Source: an uncultured delta proteobacterium (GTDB lineage: Bacteria > Myxococcota_A > Polyangia > Haliangiales > Haliangiaceae). Taken from it: DNA of 64,000 nt. The stretch is from the NCBI GenBank assembly GCA_963848295.1, contig CAWKDB010000002.1, forward strand, positions 736,001-800,000, written 5' to 3'. A model generated the notes under the pieces. That model had not been told where the DNA came from, made no database searches, and saw nothing but the letters and a program-made list of their open reading frames with translations. A program made the translations under genes and the position numbers. Shown in pieces: positions 18,073 through 29,197 of this stretch; positions within the stretch are counted from its first letter, which is position 1, and each line of letters begins with the position of its first letter.

Positions 18073-18663
18073 CTATTTGCGGGCCGTCGCCGCCGGAGGG
18101 GCGACCCCGAGCCGCTCGCGCAGCAAGCGGCGGGCCTCGTTGACCCGCCAGGCCACGGTTCCCTCGGGGATCTCGAGGATTTCGGCGATCTGCTTGTGCG
18201 GCATGTCCTCGATGGTGGCTAGCACGATCGTGACCCGTAGCGACGGGGATAGTTCGGCGATCGCGTCGAGAACACGGCGGATCTCGGCGGTTTGCTGCAC
18301 GGACTTGGCTGGATCGGGCCCGGCTTGGCCGAGCGCCTCGGGCCGCCCCCCGACGTGAGCGGCCTCGGCGCCGCTCCTGAGGTTGAGCCCGCTGCTCCGC
18401 TTGTCGGCGCGCAGCGCGTTGAGGGCGGTGTTGATCGCGATGCGGTACAGCCACGTCGAGAATTCGGCCCGGCCATCGAACCCGGCGAGCCCGCGAAAGG
18501 CGCGGACGAACGCCTCTTGGGTGGCGTCGTCGGCATCGCTGTGGTTGCCGAGAATATGGAGGGCGGCTGCGTACACGCGGCGTTGATACTTCTGGACGAG
18601 ACGCCCGAACGCGGCGCGGTCACCTTCGCGGGCCCGGTCGAGGTCGGGGTCCTCGTCAGCCAT
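18073..18663 (-). CDS. ECF family RNA polymerase sigma factor
   Basis: GDRAAFGRLV, DADDATQEAF, FSTWLYRIAIN, IAEILEIPEGTV. Confidence 0.95.
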   Translation of the reverse strand: MADEDPDLDRAREGDRAAFGRLVQKYQRRVYAAALHILGNHSDADDATQEAFVRAFRGLAGFDGRAEFSTWLYRIAINTALNALRADKRSSGLNLRSGAEAAHVGGRPEALGQAGPDPAKSVQQTAEIRRVLDAIAELSPSLRVTIVLATIEDMPHKQIAEILEIPEGTVAWRVNEARRLLRERLGVAPPAATARK

Positions 18664-18720
18664 GACGAGGCACTATATGGGACGTACCCATTCGACAACA
18701 GCTAGCCATCGAGGTTTGGG

Positions 18721-19119
18721 TCATCGTCGGCGATCGGCCTCGAACAGCTTCGGCACGAGCGCCGCGACCAGCTCGGCGATCCGAGCGAGCGAGCGCGCCG
18801 CCTCCGCCTGTTCGACGAGGCGACCGCGGATTCGGGCTGCGCCGGCGACCGCGGTATCCGAGGCGCGCTGCCGTGGGGCGAGCTCGAGCACGTTGAGCGG
18901 ATCGGGGCCGCCGAGCACGCCGCGCAGGTGCGTGATCCGGCCGCGCGCCTCGCGCAGTGCGTCGGCGACATCGTCGGCGTAGGCGCCGATCAGCGCGGGT
19001 CGATCGACGAACGCATCGAGGTCGACGAGCGCGAGGTCGCGCAGGCGCAACGACATCGCTTCATCAGGATCGGCGGCGAGTGGCTGCCCGACCGCCGCGA
19101 CGACGTTGGTCAGGATCAC
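18721..19119 (-). CDS. Hypothetical protein coupled to pspA
   Basis: GTGA overlap with the pspA stop; 132 aa, helical. Confidence 0.6.
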   Translation of the reverse strand: MILTNVVAAVGQPLAADPDEAMSLRLRDLALVDLDAFVDRPALIGAYADDVADALREARGRITHLRGVLGGPDPLNVLELAPRQRASDTAVAGAARIRGRLVEQAEAARSLARIAELVAALVPKLFEADRRR

Positions 19120-19940
19120 GGCTTGCCCTTGTTGATCGACTCCGCACCGCCTTCGGCGGCGCTACGCGTCGGGCGTTCGCCCGACTTGTCGATCGACTCC
19201 GCACCGCCTTCGGCGGGTTTCGCAGCCTCGAGTGCCTTCTGCTTCGCCGCCTTGTCCTCGGTCATCTTCGTCTTGAGCTTCGCGAGTGCGTCGTCGGGGC
19301 CACCCGGCGCCGCGAGCAGTCCGGGGTTGTTCCGGGTCGCGGCGAGCAGCTTGGCGTCGAGCTCGGCCTCGCCCGCGGTTTCACCGCGCATCGCGGCGTC
19401 GACCTCGGTCTCGATCGCCTCGGCGTCGATGCGCTCTTCCGCGCGCGCGAACTTGTCCCACACCGACGAGTCGTTGCCGAACGCGTCGCCCCCGGCCGAG
19501 CGCGCCGCCGCGATCTGGGTCGCGAGCGTGCCCTTGCGCATCTTCAGGATCTGCAGCTTGGTCTCGAACTCTTTGCGGCTCTTGTTGAGCTGGATCGCGT
19601 AGCTCGCCGCCTCGTGCTTGTCGCGCTCGATCTTCGCCGCCTCGACCTCGGCGGCCTTCTTCTCGCGCAGCGCGATCTTCGCGGCCTCGTCGTCGCCGGC
19701 CTTGACCGCGGTCATCGCGCGCTTCTCCCACTCGGCGGCCTTCGCTTTGAACTTCGCGACGTCGGCGTCGAGCTGCTTCGCGGTCGTCTTGTAGCTGACG
19801 AGCTCGGCGAGCGCCTTCTTGCGCCCCTCCTCGAGCTCGAGGATCGCCATGTCGACCTCTTTCGCCGGGTCGATCGCCTTGTCGATCGCGGCGTTGGCCT
19901 TGCTCGACACACCGGTCTTGATCCGGGAGAAGAACCCCAT
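19116..19940 (-). CDS. pspA: PspA/IM30 family protein
   Basis: MGFFSRIK...KANAAIDKAIDPAK, WEKRAMTAVKAGDDEAAKIAL; long coiled coil. Confidence 0.92.
   Translation of the reverse strand: MGFFSRIKTGVSSKANAAIDKAIDPAKEVDMAILELEEGRKKALAELVSYKTTAKQLDADVAKFKAKAAEWEKRAMTAVKAGDDEAAKIALREKKAAEVEAAKIERDKHEAASYAIQLNKSRKEFETKLQILKMRKGTLATQIAAARSAGGDAFGNDSSVWDKFARAEERIDAEAIETEVDAAMRGETAGEAELDAKLLAATRNNPGLLAAPGGPDDALAKLKTKMTEDKAAKQKALEAAKPAEGGAESIDKSGERPTRSAAEGGAESINKGKP
19129..19216 (-). repeat. 57-bp-period repeat in the pspA 3' end
   Basis: TTGTYGATCGACTCCGCACCGCCTTCGGCGG at 19129 and 19186, separated by the hairpin GTCGGGCG-TT-CGCCCGAC; encodes AEGGAESI twice. Confidence 0.9.
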
Positions 19941-19985
19941 ACCGAAAGCCTAGCTCAGTTGCCGTCCCGGGGACGAATGCGAGTC

Positions 19986-21413
<1,428 letters not shown>

Positions 21414-21472
21414 CGCTATGCAGTGTCCGCGAAGATTCGCGGTCTGACAACCGCCCGCGGTACCATCGCGGC

Positions 21473-22225
21473 ATGCGCGGGTTGGCCGTGGCCGTTGTCG
21501 CGCTCGCTGCTTGCGGCCGGGTCGACTTCGGCGTGGGAGACGGTGGCGGCGATAGCGGCGACGGCGGCGGCGACGCCCCCGGGCCGGCCTGCCTGTCGAG
21601 CTACGAGCTGTGCGACGGCTTCGAGACCGCCGACTTTGCCCCGGTGTGGACGGTCTTGCCCGGGGCCACGATCGATACCTCGGTCCACCATCGCGGGCTC
21701 GCGTCGGCCCACTTCGCGATGCCGGGCACGACCGCGGGCAACGATTTCTATACGAACCTGTCCGAGACCACGACGCTGCCGCTCGGTGACCCGACGTTCT
21801 ACGTCCGCGCGTACGTGTTGCTCGGCTCGCTGCCGCTCGACAACATGGAGATCATCAGTGCGGAGCAGCAAAACACCGGCAACCCGAACGAAGATGGCCT
21901 GTTTGTCGATCCGGGCGACCTCGCGATCTACTCGCAGTTCTCCGACCGCGAGGCCGACACCTCGGCACCGCCGCCGACCGGGAGCTGGCTGTGCTTGGTG
22001 TGGTCGGTCACGCGCGCGACCGATACCAGCGGCTCGATGACGCTCGGCGGCGACGTGCAGGCGCTGAACCGGGGCGGCGTCGTGACCGATGGCGATCCGG
22101 CGATCAGCGAGATGGCCTTCGGGATCGGGTTCGCAGGTCCGAGCGTGGTCGTCGATCAGCCGGCGATCGAGCTGTGGATCGACGACGTGATCATCGCAAA
22201 CACGCCGATCACCTGCGCCGACTAG
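21473..22225 (+). CDS. Myxobacterial-type lipoprotein with beta-sandwich domain
   Basis: LAACGRVDF lipobox; LCDGFE...WIDDVII...PITC. Confidence 0.75.
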   Translation: MRGLAVAVVALAACGRVDFGVGDGGGDSGDGGGDAPGPACLSSYELCDGFETADFAPVWTVLPGATIDTSVHHRGLASAHFAMPGTTAGNDFYTNLSETTTLPLGDPTFYVRAYVLLGSLPLDNMEIISAEQQNTGNPNEDGLFVDPGDLAIYSQFSDREADTSAPPPTGSWLCLVWSVTRATDTSGSMTLGGDVQALNRGGVVTDGDPAISEMAFGIGFAGPSVVVDQPAIELWIDDVIIANTPITCAD

Positions 22226-22249
22226 CGCCTCGTGCGAAGCTCGTCAGCG

Positions 22250-23245
22250 ATGCTCAATCGCGCATTGTCAGCGGTCGCTGTCGTCACCTCTGTTGCTTGC
22301 CATTCGCGTCCGGACGCGCCGGCGCCACCCGCGCGCGATGCGAGCACCGGCAGCGCTGCACCGGCGCCAACCAAGCCAGCGAGCACGATGTGCATCCCGC
22401 CCGATTTGTTTGGCGGCTTGTCGTTGTTCACCGCAACCGACAACGCGGCGACCGCATGCCTGCACCGGCGACTCGTCGGCAAGGGCCACGCCGAAGTCGA
22501 GCGCTGCTTCACCGTCGACCTGGCGACCGGCGCACATGCGGACGCGGCCAAACCTGCCGTGACGCCGCCGGTGCCGCCGCCCTTCGAAGATCGCGAGGAC
22601 GCGACCGGTGTACGGATCTGCCGCGGCAAGGACTGCCGTTCGCTCGCGCTGCCGCCGCTGCCGGTCCCGACCGACGAGCCGCCGCCGAAGTACGAGCTGC
22701 AGCTTTCGGCCGACGCGACGCGCGCGATCGGCCAGGCGCCCGGGACCAAGCCGATCCTGTTGCTCGATACCGCGACCGGCAAGTTGATCAAGAAGCTCAA
22801 CGTCGCGCCGTGCACGAACGGCTACCGGTTCCTCGACGACACGATCTACGTCGCCGGTTCGCAGTGCAACGGCGGCAGCACGAGTGGCTATCTGTTCGAC
22901 AAGGACGGCAAGGCGATCGGTAAGCTGGACCAGGTCGATGTCGATTGGGGCCAACCGATCCGGTTCGCGGACTCGACGTGGGCGGTGCCCGGCACCGGCG
23001 GCAACGGGTTCGTGATGTTCGACGTCACGACCGGAGAGGTCAAAGGCGCGGTCGCGACCACGCCTCACTACGACGAGAAGGACTTGTTCTCGACCCCGGT
23101 GAGCGCAAAGACCGGCGGCGAAGTCTCCGAGCTGACGCGGACCCCGTCGGGCACGCTGCTCGAGTTCTCGGCCGGCATCGCGATCATCGATCCGGCGTTT
23201 CATCGCGTCGCGAAGCACATCCCGCTCGAAGTCTGCAAGCGATAG
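22250..23245 (+). CDS. Hypothetical lipoprotein, probable beta-propeller
   Basis: SVAC lipobox; repeated D..TG motifs. Confidence 0.65.
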   Translation: MLNRALSAVAVVTSVACHSRPDAPAPPARDASTGSAAPAPTKPASTMCIPPDLFGGLSLFTATDNAATACLHRRLVGKGHAEVERCFTVDLATGAHADAAKPAVTPPVPPPFEDREDATGVRICRGKDCRSLALPPLPVPTDEPPPKYELQLSADATRAIGQAPGTKPILLLDTATGKLIKKLNVAPCTNGYRFLDDTIYVAGSQCNGGSTSGYLFDKDGKAIGKLDQVDVDWGQPIRFADSTWAVPGTGGNGFVMFDVTTGEVKGAVATTPHYDEKDLFSTPVSAKTGGEVSELTRTPSGTLLEFSAGIAIIDPAFHRVAKHIPLEVCKR

Positions 23246-23670
23246 TTACCGCGCCGGCACGTACCCGAGGATCATCGTGCCGAGCGACGTCTTCTTGTAG
23301 TTGTCGTGCTCGTCGGTGATCCACGACACCTCGACCACGGTCGTCGCGCGTCGCGAGAGCGTCAGCACCGCGCCGGCCGCACCTTGGTCCACGGTCGCGC
23401 TGCCCGCGCCGAGATCGAGCTCGAGGATCGATCGCCGACCGCGGGCACGACGACCCGGCTGAGCTCCCAGTGCACGGCGTCGCCGAGCTTGAACGGGCTG
23501 CGGATCGCGTCGCTGACGTGGCCCTCGATCGCGCCGGCGGTTACCGTGTCGACCGCGACCACCTCGATCCGTTTCGCGTGCTTCATCAGCTCGCCCATCG
23601 AGCTGCCCCACAGCTCGGCGTGGGCGGACGACGAGGCGAGAACGATCGTGGCGATGACGAGGGCGCGCAT
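23246..23670 (-). pseudogene. Secreted hypothetical protein broken by a frameshift or deletion
   Basis: Signal peptide MRALVIATIVLASSSAHA in one frame; the plausible C-terminus (ILELDLG...LGYVPAR) is in another frame, switching near 23430. Confidence 0.5.
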
Positions 23671-23702
23671 GATCATGCAACGCCCGGACCGCTCGGACGA
23701 TC

Positions 23703-25541
23703 CTACGACCGCTCCGCGCTCGTCCACAGCGGCAGCGCGGCGAGCGCGTGCTTGTCCGTCGGCAGCGTGATCGTGATCGTCGTACCGCGGCCTTCTTCGG
23801 AGTCGATCGTGATCCGGCCGTGATGGGCGGCGACGACGCGCTCGGCGATCGCCAAGCCCACGCCCGAGCCGGTCTCCTTCGTCGTGAACCCGGGGACGAA
23901 CAACCGCGCGAGGTGAGCTCGCGGGATGCCCGGGCCGGTATCGGCGACGACGATCTCGATCAGCGGCGCGGCACTCGCCGGCCCGGCGAGCGACCGGACC
24001 TTGACGTGGACGTCGCCATTGGACGATGCACAGGCCTCCGCCGCGTTCGACACGACGTTGAGCAGCGCTTCGCGCAGCAGCATCCGATCGCCGCGGACGT
24101 CGGGCATCCCGGTCGCTTGCTCGAGCGTGATCGAGACTTGCTGCGTCCGGGCCTGCGCCGCGATCACGACTTCGTGCAGCAGCGACGATAGCGGCACGAG
24201 CTCGACCGTCGGCGTCGGCGCCTGCAACGATCGCAGGTACTGCGCCCATTCCTCGTAGAGCGCGGTGACATCGGCCTCGAGGTCCTTGAGGCGGTCGTGG
24301 ACGTCGCCCTGCGCGAGCTTGCGCACCGAGCGCGCGCGCGAGCCGATGATGCCGAGCAGATTCTTGACGCGGTGGCCGTGGGCATAGACGCCGGCGAGCA
24401 CGTCGTGGCGCGCGACCTCGGCGGTCGCGGTGACGAGCCGCGGCGCGACCCCGCCCGCCGCGCTGCCGGCGCCTGGGTTCGCCGCATCGAGCAGACGGCC
24501 GACGACGACGCCGAGGCTCGGCGACTGCGCGTCGAGCATGCGCGCCGCGTTGCGCCACGCGAGCCCGTGATTCGCGTCGATGCGCAGCGCACGCTCGATC
24601 TCGGCCAGCGCGCCCGCCTGGTCGCCGCGTTCGAGCACGAGCAGCGCGAGCCGACACGCCGCCGCGGTGTGGCCGGGCTGGAAGGCGAGGCCTTTGCGAT
24701 ACGCCTCCTCGGCGCGCTCGCGGGTCGCCGGATCGTCTTCGAGCAAGCCCGCGCGCAGGAACTGCAAGCGCGCGCGATCCACGGTCGGCAGCGGATTGCC
24801 CGCGGCATCCATGACGAGCGTCTCGAGCTCGGCGACGAGGGCGGCGCGTTCGGCGGGCTTGCGGGCGCGGCGCTCGAGCCGGCGCAGCTGGATCGCGGGC
24901 GACGGACGCGCCTGCGCGAGCGCGGCGAGCTCGTCATCGATCATCACGTCGGTGACACCGGGATCTCCCGCGGCTTGGCGCGCGGCGAGCAACGCCGCCG
25001 TGCACGGCGTCCCGGGACTCGCGCTCGCGCTCGTCATCGCGTCATCGCTGCGACCGTGCGCGACGACGGCGGCCGCGATCTCCTCGATCAAGCCGAAGTC
25101 GGGGAGCTCGCCGGCGGGCCCCGCGGCCGCGATCGCGGCATCGAACGCCACCGCCGACTGTGCCGCGGCGCCGGCGCGATCGCCCTGAGCATCCGCGGCG
25201 CGTGCGAGCAGCAGGTGCGCACGCGCGCGATCCCACGCCAGCAGCTTCGGTGCGTCGAGCGCCGCGGTCAGCGACATCCGCGCCGCCGCGAGCTCGCCCG
25301 CTGCGAGCTGCGCCCGGCCGAGCAAGATCTTCGTCGCCGGTCCCGGCGCGCGCTTCGCGGCATCGGCCGCGGTCCGTCGAGCCAGCGCGACGTCGCCCTG
25401 AGCGAGCGCGATATCGCACAGCCGCAACGCGGGCGCCGCATCGTCACTCGCCGCGAGCGCCCGAAACAACGCGCTCTTGGCCGCGGAGGGCAGGCCGAGC
25501 GTCCAGTAACGCTCGCCGAGCTCGAGTAACACCGAGCTCAT
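23703..25541 (-). CDS. TPR-repeat cytoplasmic histidine kinase
   Basis: TPR helices; H-box HRVKNLL; N-box NVVSNAAEA; DTGPGI, FTTK, GSGVGL. Confidence 0.88.
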   Translation of the reverse strand: MSSVLLELGERYWTLGLPSAAKSALFRALAASDDAAPALRLCDIALAQGDVALARRTAADAAKRAPGPATKILLGRAQLAAGELAAARMSLTAALDAPKLLAWDRARAHLLLARAADAQGDRAGAAAQSAVAFDAAIAAAGPAGELPDFGLIEEIAAAVVAHGRSDDAMTSASASPGTPCTAALLAARQAAGDPGVTDVMIDDELAALAQARPSPAIQLRRLERRARKPAERAALVAELETLVMDAAGNPLPTVDRARLQFLRAGLLEDDPATRERAEEAYRKGLAFQPGHTAAACRLALLVLERGDQAGALAEIERALRIDANHGLAWRNAARMLDAQSPSLGVVVGRLLDAANPGAGSAAGGVAPRLVTATAEVARHDVLAGVYAHGHRVKNLLGIIGSRARSVRKLAQGDVHDRLKDLEADVTALYEEWAQYLRSLQAPTPTVELVPLSSLLHEVVIAAQARTQQVSITLEQATGMPDVRGDRMLLREALLNVVSNAAEACASSNGDVHVKVRSLAGPASAAPLIEIVVADTGPGIPRAHLARLFVPGFTTKETGSGVGLAIAERVVAAHHGRITIDSEEGRGTTITITLPTDKHALAALPLWTSAERS

Positions 25542-26659
25542 TGACTTCGACGCCGCCGGCGCGCTGCCAGCATCACGCCAAGCGCGAGCACGATCGCGCC
25601 CGCTGGCGAGCCATCCGAAGCTTGGCAGCAGCCCCCGCTCGAGCCCGGGTCGCGGACCGAGAGATCGTCTCCGTCGACCGGCAGCGTCGTATCGGCGCCG
25701 ACGACCGCCGGGCACTGGTTCGTCGCCGAGCACACCGCGCCGCCCGGGCAGTCGCCGCACAGCGCATCGATGCCGCAGCCGTCGGCCACGAGCGCGCCGC
25801 ACTCGACGCCGAGCTCGACGCAGCTCTTCGGCTGGCAACACGACGCCGACGCGGGGAACCCGGGGCCGCCGAACGCGAAGCCGGTCGCGGTGACCGCACC
25901 GTCGAGGTATGCGGTCGGCGACGTCACGACGATCTGCTCGATCTGCGCCGGCGTGTGCGTGCCGGTCGCGCCGATCTCGTAGAGCCCGGTCATCGTCGCC
26001 GCGCCGGCCGCGCTGCCGAACGTGCCGTTCCCCATCTGCGTGCACGGCGTCGTGCTGCCGGCCGAGACCTCGCCGAACCACTGCACGAGCCCCGCGGTGG
26101 TGAACGTGCCACCCCACTCGGTGCCGGGGAAGTAGCCGATCAGCTCGCCCTGGTAAGAGAGGTTCCAGTTGCCATTCGCGTACGCGATCGCGTACTCGTC
26201 GACCTCGCCCGGCGCGACGCGCATCCCGGGCGTCCGCGTCGTGGAGACCTGGACGAAGTCGCAGCCGTCGTAGCAAGTGCCGACGCCGTTGATCCAGTGG
26301 AACGCGAACAGGTGCGGCTCGAGGTCGCCGTTCACCCCGGAGTCGACATCCCAGCCGATCTCGACGATCTGCTGGTTGTCGGCGGATTCGACCGCGATCT
26401 CGCCGAGCGAGTGAAAGTCGACCGCGGCGACCGCCGGATCGGCCTGCATCAGCATGCCGCCCGCGCCCGCCGTCGACTGCTCCTCGCCATACGACACGTA
26501 GAAGTACGGCGTCGTCGCATCGATGGCCGCGCTCGCCCCGCGCACCGGCGGGTGCGCCTTGAACGCGTAGATCGAGTGCGGCTGCAACGGCTCGGCACGG
26601 GCGATCGCCGGTGCCAGCGCACTCGCGAGCGCGAGCGCGACGACGGCGCGCCCGATCAC
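25538..26659 (-). CDS. Neprosin-domain (glutamic peptidase-like) surface protein with MYXO-CTERM-like anchor
   Basis: IVEIGW, CYDGCDFVQ, GNW, IGYFP, WFGEV, MGNG; C-terminal GGCC, TM helix and RRRRR. Confidence 0.8.
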   Translation of the reverse strand: MIGRAVVALALASALAPAIARAEPLQPHSIYAFKAHPPVRGASAAIDATTPYFYVSYGEEQSTAGAGGMLMQADPAVAAVDFHSLGEIAVESADNQQIVEIGWDVDSGVNGDLEPHLFAFHWINGVGTCYDGCDFVQVSTTRTPGMRVAPGEVDEYAIAYANGNWNLSYQGELIGYFPGTEWGGTFTTAGLVQWFGEVSAGSTTPCTQMGNGTFGSAAGAATMTGLYEIGATGTHTPAQIEQIVVTSPTAYLDGAVTATGFAFGGPGFPASASCCQPKSCVELGVECGALVADGCGIDALCGDCPGGAVCSATNQCPAVVGADTTLPVDGDDLSVRDPGSSGGCCQASDGSPAGAIVLALGVMLAARRRRRSQ

Positions 26660-27363
26660 GACAGTTGCTTCTTACGCGCGCCGTTATGCGCTTCGAGCTT
26701 CGCGACCGCCGCCTCGAGATCCGCGCGACTGCCCTTCGCGCTCGCCTCGCGCAACTTGTCGACCGCGGCGGTCATGACTTCGTGATCGGCGGTCAGCCGC
26801 GCCCGCATCGCGTCGTGACTCTCTCGAAACGCGGTGTAGAAGTCCTGCAGCATGTCGCCCTTGCGCAACGGAGTCACGACGCCGAGTCGCCCGTCCGCCA
26901 TCCGATCGAAGTACATCGAGACCTTGTAGAGCGGGCCCGCCACCTTGTGCGTCATGATCACGAGATACGCGGACAGGATCAGGACCAGGCCGATACCGAA
27001 GCCGGCCATCTTGTAGACCAGGACGCGATCGGTCGCCTCGAGCTCGGCTGCGACTTGCCGCTGGAGGCCCGCGACTTGCCTCTGGAAGTCGTCGTCCTTG
27101 TCGTCCTTCGTCAGCCCCGCGATGTCTTGCTCGATCGACGCCGATGCGATGTGGCGCTGCTGGTAGATCAGGTAGCCGAGCGAGCCCGCGATCACGCCGG
27201 ACAGGATCGTGACCATGAGGACGTAGCGCAGCTGCAGCTTCTTATCGAGCAGATAGTTCGATAGCTTGCGCTTGTACTTCGGACGTTGCGGCGCGCCGTT
27301 CTTGGGCACGTCACCGCCGAGCTTGCCGTCTTGCACCACCGTTGCCGACGGGACGTCACTCAA
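26656..27363 (-). CDS. Two-TM membrane protein with HAMP-like domain
   Basis: NYLLDKKLQLRY, THKVAGPLYK, LRKGD; start codon uncertain. Confidence 0.75.
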   Translation of the reverse strand: MSDVPSATVVQDGKLGGDVPKNGAPQRPKYKRKLSNYLLDKKLQLRYVLMVTILSGVIAGSLGYLIYQQRHIASASIEQDIAGLTKDDKDDDFQRQVAGLQRQVAAELEATDRVLVYKMAGFGIGLVLILSAYLVIMTHKVAGPLYKVSMYFDRMADGRLGVVTPLRKGDMLQDFYTAFRESHDAMRARLTADHEVMTAAVDKLREASAKGSRADLEAAVAKLEAHNGARKKQLS

Positions 27364-28240
27364 GGGACTTCTCCTTGCGCGCGACCAGCGCACGCAGCTC
27401 GCCCACCACGTCGTGCTCGACCCCCGCGGCTTCCGCAGCCGCGATCACCGCGCGCAGTTGCTCGAGATCTTCGCGCTCGAGCTTGACGACGCCGGCGTGC
27501 GCCGTCTTGAAGTGATTGTAGAAATCGACGAGCTGATCGCCCTTGCGCAGGTTGTAGACCTTGTCGAACCGGCCCTCGCGCATCTTGCCGAGATAGAGCG
27601 TGACCTTGAACAACGGGCCGGCGACTTTGTGGGTCGAGTTGATGCCGTACACCGCGAGCCCCAGCAACAGACCGATGCTGGTCACGACGAGCACCAGCAA
27701 GATCCGCGTGTGTCCGCGCTCGAGATCATCGAGCGCGCCGGCCTGGCGCATCTCGCACGACCAGTGTGCCACGACCGCGTCGCCCCAGCCTTTCGGCACG
27801 GTCTGAACGACCGGCGCCGGCGGCACGAGCGTCATCGTCTCGTCGTCGATCTGCACCGTCACGTGGTGCGGCCCCGTGACGTCATGCTTGCCCGCCGCTT
27901 TGTCGGCCTTCGGCTCCTTGGCATCGCTATCGGGCGGAGGCACGTCGAGCGGCTTCTCGACCGGCGGCGCGGGCGGCGGCGGCGCCGGATTCGGATGCTC
28001 CGGCAACGCCTCTTCCACCGTGGCGTCGAGATCGGGAATCTTGACGCATGGCTCGCCGACGACCCGCGATCGGCCGACCGCGGTCGCGACGTTCGCCTCG
28101 CGCATCACCCAGAAACCCAAGCCGGCCATCAGCAAGGCCGACAGGCCGACCATGAACAGCGTGAAGCGCAGCTGATACCTCTTGTTGAGCAAGAGGTTCT
28201 TCCAGCTGCGCTTGTAGCCTTTGTTCGAGGGGCCGGACAT
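27356..28240 (-). CDS. Two-TM membrane protein with HAMP-like domain (paralog)
   Basis: NLLLNKRYQLRF, THKVAGPLFK, LRKGD. Confidence 0.78.
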   Translation of the reverse strand: MSGPSNKGYKRSWKNLLLNKRYQLRFTLFMVGLSALLMAGLGFWVMREANVATAVGRSRVVGEPCVKIPDLDATVEEALPEHPNPAPPPPAPPVEKPLDVPPPDSDAKEPKADKAAGKHDVTGPHHVTVQIDDETMTLVPPAPVVQTVPKGWGDAVVAHWSCEMRQAGALDDLERGHTRILLVLVVTSIGLLLGLAVYGINSTHKVAGPLFKVTLYLGKMREGRFDKVYNLRKGDQLVDFYNHFKTAHAGVVKLEREDLEQLRAVIAAAEAAGVEHDVVGELRALVARKEKSLE

Positions 28241-29157
28241 TACGGAGATGCCTTCGACTGGATCGTCGGGACAATCTTCTTCGTGATCAAGTCTTCGACC
28301 ACCGCGGAGATGCAGTCCTCGGTGGCCATCGCTTCGTCGCGCGGACTCGCGCTCGCTTGCACCGAGGCGCCGCCGTTGAGGAACCCAAACATCGCCTTGT
28401 CGGGGAAGCTCGCGATCAACATGTTGACTTTACAGGAGATCGTCGACGAAGACCCAGATTCCTTGATCTTCACTTCGTTAAGCGTGCCATCGACGAAGAA
28501 GCCGGCGACGCGCTTGGCGGTGAGAGCTGCCTTGCTCGGTGGTGACCCGGGCCACGTCGTCATCATGCTGGACGCGACCTTGGACATCGTTTGGTGCGCG
28601 GTCTTCACCATCAGCGCCTGAAACTTCGCGTCGTTGGTCCCGGCCTTGCTCGACATCGGGCCGATGTTGACGTAGATGCCGCCGCTACCGCCAGACGACG
28701 TCGGGTTGCTCGGGCTGGACGGCGCGACCGCGACCCCGATCGCGGCGAGCGCCTTTCTCGCTTGGCCCTGGACCGAGTCGCTATCGTCGCTCGACGCCGC
28801 TTTTGTGAGCGCGGCGATCGCGAGCCGCTTGCGCGAGGAGTCGGTCGCCCCGGTGACGAGCTTGCTCAGGCCGACCGCGCATGCGCTGCGCACGCTCGCA
28901 CTCGAATCGTTGCCGATCGCGGTGACCATCGTGAGGATCGCGCGCGGATCGCCGAGCCTCGCGAGGTTGATCGCGGCGGACAACCGGACCTTGTCGGAGT
29001 CGGCGTTCTTGAGCTGATCGATCAGCGTCGTGACGCTGTCAGCGTGCGCCGGCGGGGCATGCAACGCGATCGCGAGCGCGGCGAGCACGGCCGCGAGCCA
29101 GCGAGCGACATCGCCGCCTCGCCGCCTCGCCACTGCGCTCGTTCGTCCCGATTGCAT
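28240..29157 (-). CDS. Exported HEAT-repeat protein
   Basis: Signal peptide ending AHA; DKVRLSAAINLARLGDPRA, SVRSACAVGL. Confidence 0.75.
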   Translation of the reverse strand: MQSGRTSAVARRRGGDVARWLAAVLAALAIALHAPPAHADSVTTLIDQLKNADSDKVRLSAAINLARLGDPRAILTMVTAIGNDSSASVRSACAVGLSKLVTGATDSSRKRLAIAALTKAASSDDSDSVQGQARKALAAIGVAVAPSSPSNPTSSGGSGGIYVNIGPMSSKAGTNDAKFQALMVKTAHQTMSKVASSMMTTWPGSPPSKAALTAKRVAGFFVDGTLNEVKIKESGSSSTISCKVNMLIASFPDKAMFGFLNGGASVQASASPRDEAMATEDCISAVVEDLITKKIVPTIQSKASP

Positions 29158-29197
29158 CGTTCTCTGAAGTCAGACGCCCGAGCCGCCGACCGCATCA

